Assembly (NCBI GenBank): GCA_003345555.1
Contig: PRDJ01000025.1
Location: 1-12,144, forward strand
Source: Candidatus Thorarchaeota archaeon
Lineage (GTDB): Archaea > Asgardarchaeota > Thorarchaeia > Thorarchaeales > Thorarchaeaceae
Reading direction: 5' to 3'
DNA length: 12,144 nt
Under the pieces are notes generated by a model, which was given only the letters and a program-made list of their open reading frames with translations, was not told the origin of the DNA and made no database searches. The position numbers and the translations under genes are program-made. The first letter of the stretch is position 1, and every line of letters begins with the position of its first letter. Positions 1-6,706 of the stretch are shown piece after piece.

Positions 1-2
1 TA

Positions 3-746
3 TCAAGCTCCTTCGACTTCATTCAGTCGATTACCAAGCGGAAACTCATTGACGACCTCTTCGTGCTGAACTCGACAAGCTTGTCGTGTGCACTCGAAGC
101 AAGTCCCGCGAAGATTCAGAAAACGCGTGCCAGTTTGCCAAGTTGGATACTCACGTTGACCGTTTCGGGACACGGCATCCTAGCCACCGATGAGTTGGAG
201 TACAGATTAGCTGACACTCTTGATGTAAGCAAGGAAACTAGTGTAGAACTCATGGAGCAGATTGGTGGCGTAACCTCTGCTCGAGTTGGAGCTCTTCTTG
301 GAGTCCCAAGTGAAGAACCTTACTGGAAGCTCAGACTTCGAGGTGGATGTCAAGAAGTGTTCTTCATCACGACAATAGATCACACACCCGAGTTCTGCTC
401 AATCTTCGAGCAAACCGCGAAAGAGGAGGGCTTCCGTGACAGCGATATTGGAATCTATATACAACCGACGCTTCATGGCACGAATGCCCACTGTAATTTC
501 GACATTTACTTTGACCCAATTGACAAGGCAAGAGTAAGACTGGCACAGCGCCTATACTCTAAAGGCTGCGAAAGGCTCCTCGCAAAGGGCGCTTTCTTCA
601 GCAGGCCATGTGGCCCCGTGACTGAGGCAGTCTTCAAGAAGACGCCGCCTGAGAATGTCACTGCAATGAAGAAAGTCAAGGACATATTCGACCCGAAACA
701 TGTGCTCAATCCTGGCGCTTTGTGCTTTGAGGAGGCTAAGAAATGA
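3..746 (+). CDS. FAD-linked oxidoreductase (VAO/PCMH/GlcD superfamily), C-terminal part only; 5'-truncated by the window edge
   Basis: The frame is open from base 3 (SSSFDFIQSITKRKLIDDLFVLNST...), so the GTG at 63 is internal. The C-terminus AMKKVKDIFDPKHVLNPG matches the FAD-oxidase_C terminal motif (KxxFDPxxxLNPG), preceded by GAFFSRPCG. The stop overlaps the next start (ATGA at 743-746). Confidence 0.85.
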   Translation, partial: SSSFDFIQSITKRKLIDDLFVLNSTSLSCALEASPAKIQKTRASLPSWILTLTVSGHGILATDELEYRLADTLDVSKETSVELMEQIGGVTSARVGALLGVPSEEPYWKLRLRGGCQEVFFITTIDHTPEFCSIFEQTAKEEGFRDSDIGIYIQPTLHGTNAHCNFDIYFDPIDKARVRLAQRLYSKGCERLLAKGAFFSRPCGPVTEAVFKKTPPENVTAMKKVKDIFDPKHVLNPGALCFEEAKK

Positions 747-2014
747 CACTTGCTGATTACCAACAAATGATGGACCGCTGTGTCCGCTGTTCCAAGTGCA
801 AATTCCTTGATGGCATTCTAGTCAAGAGCAAGCAGTACTCCACCATTTGCCCATCGATTGAAAGGTACAATCTGCACGCCTACTCCGGAGGCGGCAGAGT
901 CATCATGGCCAACGCGATCCAGCGAGGCAGGGCGAAGTTCAGTGATGAGATGCTTGATGCTCTCTACAGGTGCACCAACTGCGGCGCCTGTGAGGTGGCC
1001 TGTAAGATGTACTACGACATCGAGCCGAACGAAGTCATCCATGAACTCAGAGTTGCGGCTGTCGAATCCGGAGTCGGACCGATGCCGAAGCACAAGAAGT
1101 ACATCGACTTGGTAGAAAGGACTCACAATCCGTATGGTGAGTCGCCCATGAACCGAGAGGCATGGCTGCCAGACGGCGTCCGGGTTGACGAACGCTCAGA
1201 CACTATCTACTGGGTTGGTTGCACGGCGGCCTTGCGGCGACAGGAGATTGCCCAAGCCACTGCACGAATCCTGAACGCTGCTCATGAGCCATTTGCCTTG
1301 CTAGGCTCAGACGAGTATTGCTGTGGAAGCCCTGTGTATCGCGTTGGTGACAGAAGCCGGGCCATTGAAATCATGAAGGAGAATGTTGAGAGATTCAAGC
1401 AGCATGGCGTGAAAAGGATCATCACCAGCTGTGCCGGCTGCTACAACATGTTGAAGGTCGAGTACCCTCGCTTTGTTGACCTAGACATCGAAGTGGTCCA
1501 CATATCACAACTGATGGAATCGCTTCTGGCAGATGGCAAGCTTAGGCTGACAAGAGAGGTCCCTATGAAAGTCACTTATCATGACCCGTGTCACCTCGGT
1601 AGGATGGCAGAGCCATATGAGAAATGGGAAGGACAAATGGTCGAGGTCCTTGCACTTGTCTACATGGCAGATCCCCCAAAACCGGTCAGGACTGGGGGGC
1701 ACGGAGTATATGATGCTCCCAGAAATGTACTCAAACAAATCCCCGGCGTTGAGCTCGTGGAGATGGAGCGAATCCGGGAGTATGCGTATTGCTGCGGAGC
1801 AGGCGGAGGTGTGAAAGCCGCCTACCCGGACTTTGCAGTCTGGACTGCAAAGAACAGAATGGAAGAGGCTGAATCAACCGGGGCGCAGGCACTCGTTTCA
1901 TGTTGCCCATTCTGCTCCACCAACTTCCACGATGGAATCGAAGAGCGAGGAAGTCAAATGGAGTATTATGACCTCACAGAGCTAGTGGCAAAAAGCATCG
2001 GAGGCGACGAGTAG
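743..2014 (+). CDS. Fe-S oxidoreductase of the GlpC/GlcF/HdrD type (two 4Fe-4S motifs plus two CCG domains)
   Basis: Ferredoxin-type motifs are CVRCSKC...CP and CTNCGACEVAC. CCG domain 1 has YWVGC/EYCCG/TSCAGC and CCG domain 2 has YHDPCHLGR/YCCGAGGG/SCCPFC. SD GGAGG at 731-735 lies 7 nt before the ATG. Confidence 0.93.
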   Translation: MTLADYQQMMDRCVRCSKCKFLDGILVKSKQYSTICPSIERYNLHAYSGGGRVIMANAIQRGRAKFSDEMLDALYRCTNCGACEVACKMYYDIEPNEVIHELRVAAVESGVGPMPKHKKYIDLVERTHNPYGESPMNREAWLPDGVRVDERSDTIYWVGCTAALRRQEIAQATARILNAAHEPFALLGSDEYCCGSPVYRVGDRSRAIEIMKENVERFKQHGVKRIITSCAGCYNMLKVEYPRFVDLDIEVVHISQLMESLLADGKLRLTREVPMKVTYHDPCHLGRMAEPYEKWEGQMVEVLALVYMADPPKPVRTGGHGVYDAPRNVLKQIPGVELVEMERIREYAYCCGAGGGVKAAYPDFAVWTAKNRMEEAESTGAQALVSCCPFCSTNFHDGIEERGSQMEYYDLTELVAKSIGGDE

Positions 2015-3604
2015 GTGCTCGAGGATAAAATCTATGCTGCACTGAAGAATATCGTAGGCCCTGAGAACATCAGTAGAGACCCAGCGATTCTTGAGACCTA
2101 TGCATACCAGTGGTGCAATGAAGTTGACAATACGCTCAAGGGCAGGGAGCCCTCAAGATTCGGACAGAGACCAGAGGCGGTCGTATTGCCCGGCTCAGCC
2201 GAAGAGGTGCAGGCGATTGTCAGACTCTGCAATGAACACGACATCAAGTTCAAGGCCCTGAGCACTGGTCAAGGAGCATGGGCAGGCGTTACTGTCCCAA
2301 GGGCCATCCAGATTGATCTGAGAAGAATGAACAGAATTCTGGAGATTAACGTTCAGAACAGGTATGCTGTAATCGAACCCTATGTGACCAACGCTCAGCT
2401 ACAGGCTGAACTCGTGAAGCACGGTCTCATTCACAATGCTCAGGGTGGCGGACCGCAGACTTCTCCTCTTGCTAGTCACACTTCATTTGTAGGTCCAAGC
2501 TTCACTTCATCTCATACTGGTTTCAGCGGACGGAATCTGTTGGGCGCCGAGTGGGTTCTTCCAACAGGCGACATTGTGCGAGTAGGTTCATTCAATTACA
2601 GCGGCGAATGGTTCTCTGGAGATGGACCTGCATTCTCACTCAGAGGTGTGTTCAGAGGAGGCTATGGTGCATACGGAGGCCTAGGTGTATTCACCCAATG
2701 CGCCATCAGGTTGTTCTCTCTGCCCATTCCGAAGGACTGGAAGTGGGAAATCAAAGGCACGGTTCCTGACTACGAGTGGAACCTGCCGCCATACTGGAAG
2801 ATGTTCGTTCTGAACTTCGCCGACTGGGACACTTTCACTGAAGCGTTCTATGAGGTCAATGACCAAGACATGAGCATGATGGCCATGGCGTCTTCCGCAG
2901 AGGGACTTGCGACCATGTTCACGAACACTAGAGAAGCCGCACTTGAAGCCATATTCGCTGGCTTGCTCGTGAAGACCCAGAGATACTTCGTCGTGATGGT
3001 CACGGCTCACACTGAACGCGAATTCGATTACAGAACCAAGTTCCTTCAGGCGATACTCAAGAAGTACGGCGGACAGGACCTGATTGAGGAAGGAGTGGTG
3101 ACCGCTCAGCCAATGCACTACGCCGAAGGTCTGCGGAACAGCCTCGGCAACCATGCGTTCCGATTCACCAGTTGCTTCCAGAGCACGCATGGGGGCCTAG
3201 ACACAATCGCAATGAGCGTCAAGATAGGAATCGTCAATCAGCCAATCAAACAGAAGTACATAGAGAAGCACGTCATCGGCGACGATCGTGGAGAAGGAAT
3301 TTGGATAACTGGGTATGAGGGTGGACACATGGCCCACTTGGAAGTTCCGACTGTGTACGATCCTTCTTCGCCCGAATCCTGTCGGGGCTACGCCTATTAC
3401 CAGGATGAGTGCAACAAGGCGGACATCTCGAACGCACTTGGAATTCCATTCTTCATAGTGGGTGATGCATTTCACGACTCATACGGGCCGAATGTAATGG
3501 ACTATCCCCGTTGGCTTCGCAAGATCAAGGCTGCATTCGACCCGAAAGGAGTCTCGGACCCGGGCCATTATGTCTCCTCAAAGCCACGCGAAGGTTCGAC
3601 CTGA
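2015..3604 (+). CDS. FAD-binding oxidoreductase (FAD_binding_4 / PCMH-type), substrate unknown
   Basis: The N-terminus has LKNIVGPENIS...RPEAVVLPGSAEEVQAIVRLCNE...STGQG...IQIDLRRMNRILEIN...IEPYVT and NLLGAEWVLPTGDIVRVGS. The C-terminus has LRKIKAAFDPKGVSDPG. The GTG start directly follows the upstream TAG, with SD GGAGG at 2000-2004. Confidence 0.9.
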   Translation: MLEDKIYAALKNIVGPENISRDPAILETYAYQWCNEVDNTLKGREPSRFGQRPEAVVLPGSAEEVQAIVRLCNEHDIKFKALSTGQGAWAGVTVPRAIQIDLRRMNRILEINVQNRYAVIEPYVTNAQLQAELVKHGLIHNAQGGGPQTSPLASHTSFVGPSFTSSHTGFSGRNLLGAEWVLPTGDIVRVGSFNYSGEWFSGDGPAFSLRGVFRGGYGAYGGLGVFTQCAIRLFSLPIPKDWKWEIKGTVPDYEWNLPPYWKMFVLNFADWDTFTEAFYEVNDQDMSMMAMASSAEGLATMFTNTREAALEAIFAGLLVKTQRYFVVMVTAHTEREFDYRTKFLQAILKKYGGQDLIEEGVVTAQPMHYAEGLRNSLGNHAFRFTSCFQSTHGGLDTIAMSVKIGIVNQPIKQKYIEKHVIGDDRGEGIWITGYEGGHMAHLEVPTVYDPSSPESCRGYAYYQDECNKADISNALGIPFFIVGDAFHDSYGPNVMDYPRWLRKIKAAFDPKGVSDPGHYVSSKPREGST

Positions 3605-3622
3605 CATCTGTGCACATCAGCA

Positions 3623-4198
3623 TCATCTAGCAGCAGTACAGCGCTCCATGCCGAGCCGTGCTCCAAGCTCAAAAGCTTCAACCATCTTATCGCGAGACGC
3701 AGAGGCTGGCGGATCCCCGCCTCCTTTGGGATCCAGCGAGCAGTATATCACAGTGTGCAGACTAATCCCATAGAATCTGCATATTCTCTCGAAGAATGCG
3801 GCTGCGGACTGGTAGTGATGTCGGTACCCCAGGATCACGACATACGTCTTTCCAACAAAGCTCCTTTCCGGTATCATGGCTAGAGCCTCCATCCGGTCAA
3901 GTACCGCCTTGAGCTGGGCCGTCAGGTAACCCCATATCATTGGGCTCGCCCAGACTATGAGCTGGGCCTCAATGAATGCCGGATAGATAGTCTGCATGTC
4001 GTCATCAATAGCGCATTTGGCATCTTTAGACCGGCCGCAGCTCTGACACATCTGACAAGGACGTACGTTGATTTCGTTGGTATAGACATGACGAATGTCA
4101 TGACCGCCAGTGGATTTGAGCCCTCTAACGAAGCTTTCAGCCAGTGTGTCTGTGTCACCATTTCTGCGCGGGCTGCCATGCAGAACAAGTACCTTCAT
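3623..4198 (-). CDS. Iron-sulfur flavoprotein (Isf-like, flavodoxin fold / NAD(P)H-dependent FMN reductase family)
   Basis: It begins MKVLVLHGSPRRNGDTDTL (FMN phosphate loop) and carries the compact Cys motif CQMCQSC-x7-C followed by DDDM and IVWASPMIWGYLTAQLKAVLDR. I prefer the ATG at 4198 over the ORF-track start at 4228 because homologs of this family start at MKVL. Confidence 0.88.
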   Translation of the reverse strand: MKVLVLHGSPRRNGDTDTLAESFVRGLKSTGGHDIRHVYTNEINVRPCQMCQSCGRSKDAKCAIDDDMQTIYPAFIEAQLIVWASPMIWGYLTAQLKAVLDRMEALAMIPERSFVGKTYVVILGYRHHYQSAAAFFERICRFYGISLHTVIYCSLDPKGGGDPPASASRDKMVEAFELGARLGMERCTAAR

Positions 4199-4205
4199 AC
4201 TGAAC

Positions 4206-4236
4206 CATCCTCTGAGGCGTGTGTCCACAGAGGATG
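4206..4236. repeat. Perfect 9-bp inverted repeat CATCCTCTG-N13-CAGAGGATG in the divergent intergenic region
   Basis: Arms read directly at 4206-4214 and 4228-4236. Two further G-C pairs are possible inside the loop (4216-17 with 4225-26). Confidence 0.8.
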
Positions 4237-4341
4237 TAGGACAGAGATATCAACAGTACCAACGCAGCAATCATGATAACAACTAATAACCCAGTAGTCT
4301 CTATCAAGGGCAAGCCCATGTCGAGGGAGGCGCACTTCCCT

Positions 4342-5508
4342 ATGACCAATTTCCAAGTTGATGAATCAACTCTTCTATCCACCTTGAAAGAGCTCATTGC
4401 TATCGAGTCTGTCAATCCCTCATTAGTGCCCAGCGGAAAAGGAGAGGCCGAGATTGCAGAATACATAGGCCATCGTCTGGAGGGTATAGGTCTTGAAGTG
4501 CAGTACCAACAACTCAGACACAATCGAAAGAACGTCGTCGCCATGATGAGAGGCCGAGAAAGCGGCGGCCAATCATTAATGCTCAACGGTCACACGGACA
4601 CTGTGGGTATAGCAGGAATGGAAACTCCTGCACTGACAGCCACTTGTAAGGAAGGCAAGGTCTACGGCAGAGGAGCATTCGACATGAAAGGAGGCCTGGC
4701 GGCAATGATATGCGCCGCAGAGTCGCTTGTGAAAGCTAAGACCAGAATGAAAGGCGATCTCACATTGGCTTTCGTAGCAGACGAGGAGTATGCCAGCCTA
4801 GGGACAGAGGAACTGGTAAAGGAGTACACGGCTAGTGCCGCCATAGTCACGGAGCCAACGAATCTTGACATAATCGTAGCACATCGCGGATTTGCTTGGG
4901 CCAGTGTGGATGTCTCCGGCAAGGCTGCTCATGGCAGCCGATATGACATTGGAGTCGACGCGATTGCGAAAGCCGGCAAGTTCCTTGTGGCGCTGGAAGA
5001 GATGGACATAGGATTCAATGCTTTGAAGCCCCATCGTCTCTTAGGTCGTCCGTCAGTCCATGCATCGCTCATAAGCGGAGGCACAGAACTCAGTACCTAT
5101 CCCGAGCATTGCAGAATTGAAGTGGAACGCAGAACTCTCCCCACCGAGAGCAAACAGGACGTTGAGGACGAACTCAGGAGACTGTTGGAAGGGATTTCAG
5201 CGACGGACAACGATTTCCGGGCCGAGTCCAAGGTCTTCCTTTACCGGTCAGCTCTTGAGGTGCCGCAGAACACCAATCTTGTGCGCATCCTCTCTCAGCA
5301 GACTCGGATAATCATTGGAAAAGAACCACATCTTGTGGGCGCAGGCTGGTGGACAGACGCCGCGTTGTTGAACGATGCCGGAATACCCACAGTCCTGTTT
5401 GGCCATTCGGGCGAGGGAGCTCATGCGCCAACTGAATATGCAGACTTCAACTCGCTTGTTCAAATGACGAAGGTACTGATCGGGACAGCTGTCTCATTCT
5501 GCTCATGA
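4342..5508 (+). CDS. M20 family metallo-amidohydrolase, ArgE/DapE type (acetylornithine deacetylase-like)
   Basis: All metal-ligand and catalytic motifs are present: LMLNGHTDTV, YGRGAFDMKGG, ADEEYASLG, IVTEPT, GKAAHGS, WTDAA, GAHAPTEY. SD GGGAGG at 4325-4330 favours the ATG at 4342; ATGs at 4273 and 4318 are in-frame alternatives. Confidence 0.9.
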   Translation: MTNFQVDESTLLSTLKELIAIESVNPSLVPSGKGEAEIAEYIGHRLEGIGLEVQYQQLRHNRKNVVAMMRGRESGGQSLMLNGHTDTVGIAGMETPALTATCKEGKVYGRGAFDMKGGLAAMICAAESLVKAKTRMKGDLTLAFVADEEYASLGTEELVKEYTASAAIVTEPTNLDIIVAHRGFAWASVDVSGKAAHGSRYDIGVDAIAKAGKFLVALEEMDIGFNALKPHRLLGRPSVHASLISGGTELSTYPEHCRIEVERRTLPTESKQDVEDELRRLLEGISATDNDFRAESKVFLYRSALEVPQNTNLVRILSQQTRIIIGKEPHLVGAGWWTDAALLNDAGIPTVLFGHSGEGAHAPTEYADFNSLVQMTKVLIGTAVSFCS

Positions 5509-5509
5509 T

Positions 5510-5546
5510 AAGCTGGGACTGTGGGCCAGCTTTTCCAGTTTCTTTC
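5510..5546 (+). terminator. Putative terminator: 7-bp hairpin followed by a T/pyrimidine-rich tract
   Basis: AAGCTGG (5510-5516) pairs with CCAGCTT (5526-5532), followed by TTCCAGTTTCTTTC. It starts 2 nt after the M20 stop codon. Confidence 0.45.
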
Positions 5547-5583
5547 ACGCATAGACTACAAATGCCCGATTTCATGCCTGCTT

Positions 5584-5604
5584 CGAAAGACTTAACTATA
5601 GTTA
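5584..5604 (+). promoter_or_regulatory. Putative archaeal BRE/TATA promoter of the SDR gene, overlapped by a 12-bp perfect palindrome
   Basis: Purine-rich CGAAAG (5584-5589) is followed by TTAACTATA (5592-5600), with palindrome TAACTATAGTTA at 5593-5604. The spacing leaves room for a short leader containing SD GGAGAGG (5633-5639). Confidence 0.5.
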
Positions 5605-5645
5605 TGTACAGAGGGGCTGCAAACAGAGTAGTGGAGAGGTTTACG

Positions 5646-6530
5646 GTGACAGACATGGTGGGTAAGGTGTGCATTGTCACGGGTAGTAATTCTGGCATAG
5701 GAAAGGAGACAGCCGCCGAGCTTGCAGGGATGGGTGCCACGGTGGTAATGGTTGTCCGCAATCGAGAGCGCGGTGAGGCCGCGATGCAAGAAATCATCCA
5801 GCGCCATCCAGCCGCAGTCCTTGATTTGCTGATTGCAGATTTATCTATCGTTAGCGAAATCAGAAGAGCCGCAGCAGAGTTCAAGGCAAGATACAGTAGG
5901 CTTGATGTTTTGATCAACAATGCTGGAGGTGTGTCGAGCAAGCGAACCCTGACACCGGATGGACTTGAGGAAACTTTCGCAATCAATTATATAGCTCCGT
6001 TCCTGCTGACCCATGAACTCATGGACACGCTGATTTCATCTGCACCGTCGAGAGTGATTGTTGTCAGTTCCACGGCTCATACTATGGGCAAGGTCGACCT
6101 GAACGATCTCCAGAGTGAAAACGGATTCAGTTCTCTGAGAACGTATGCGAATGCGAAGCTGATGAGCCTGATGTTTACTTATGAGCTAGCCAGACGACTC
6201 CGCGGCACCGGCGTGACTGTGAACGCTCTCCATCCGGGACTAGTAGCATCCAACTTTGGGAAAGGATCTCGCATCATCAGGTTCTTCTACAGGATTGCTA
6301 GACCTTTCGAAATAAGTTCACGCAAAGGTGCTGAGACCTCCGTCTATCTTGCATCGTCCCCAGAAGTCGAAGGAATGTCAGGGGAGTATTTCTACCGCTG
6401 CAAACCGAAGAAATCATCCGAGGCGAGTTATGACTTGGGCACACAAAGAAGTCTCTGGTTGGCCACCGAGTCGATTCTTGCTTCGATTGGAATTGAAATC
6501 AAAGAACAGACGTCCTCTCCCGTCAGCTGA
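5646..6530 (+). CDS. Classical short-chain dehydrogenase/reductase (retinol dehydrogenase/WWOX-like subgroup)
   Basis: Motifs are IVTGSNSGIG (TGxxxGxG), LDVLINNAG, RVIVVSS, catalytic YANAK (YxxxK), VNALHPGLVASNF and GAETSVYLASSPEV. SD GGAGAGG sits 6 nt before GTG 5646 (ATG 5655 is an alternative). The ORF-track start at 5505 is probably over-extended because it spans the terminator and promoter. Confidence 0.93.
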   Translation: MTDMVGKVCIVTGSNSGIGKETAAELAGMGATVVMVVRNRERGEAAMQEIIQRHPAAVLDLLIADLSIVSEIRRAAAEFKARYSRLDVLINNAGGVSSKRTLTPDGLEETFAINYIAPFLLTHELMDTLISSAPSRVIVVSSTAHTMGKVDLNDLQSENGFSSLRTYANAKLMSLMFTYELARRLRGTGVTVNALHPGLVASNFGKGSRIIRFFYRIARPFEISSRKGAETSVYLASSPEVEGMSGEYFYRCKPKKSSEASYDLGTQRSLWLATESILASIGIEIKEQTSSPVS

Positions 6531-6533
6531 GCC

Positions 6534-6681
6534 CTTAGTCCAATGTCGTTCGTCATGCGCTGCGGACCCGGGGATCAGGCCGTTTCTATCGTGCCACAGC
6601 AGAACGCGGTCCCATGGCATGACAGAGCATCATATGAAGCCACAGTAGACAAAGTCCTTCATTCGGTAAGACAGGACTAAG
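6534..6681. other. Intergenic segment with nested inverted repeats (candidate structured RNA or small non-autonomous element)
   Basis: Outer stem CTTAGTCC (6534-41)/GGACTAAG (6674-81) extends with TGTC (6544-47)/GACA (6670-73). Inner stems are GTCATGC (6552-58)/GCATGAC (6617-23), GGACC (6564-68)/GGTCC (6608-12) and ATGAAG (6634-39)/CTTCAT (6657-62). The function is unknown. Confidence 0.35.
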
Positions 6682-6706
6682 TAATTATGCCCATTTGCTA
6701 ACACGC

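Noticed and set aside
2681-3475. 169-aa and 92-aa minus-strand ORFs
   Set aside because: Both lie entirely antisense to the well-supported flavoprotein gene and have no motifs.
3-3604. Calling the module glycolate oxidase glcD/glcF or alkyl-DHAP synthase
   Set aside because: The C-terminal EHGxG/HHHGVG catalytic motif is absent from both flavoproteins, so no gene symbols were assigned.
5447-5986. 179-aa minus-strand ORF
   Set aside because: It is an antisense shadow of the SDR gene and its upstream region, with no recognisable motifs.
6528-6680. The SDR frame stays open for 49 codons after its TGA, up to TAA at 6678-6680, beside a structured region, suggesting Sec or stop-codon readthrough
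   Set aside because: The SDR fold is already complete before the TGA and the extension resembles nothing I recognise. A run of 49 open codons has roughly 10% probability by chance. The nearby ATGAAG pairs canonically with CTTCAT rather than forming a SECIS-type non-Watson-Crick core.
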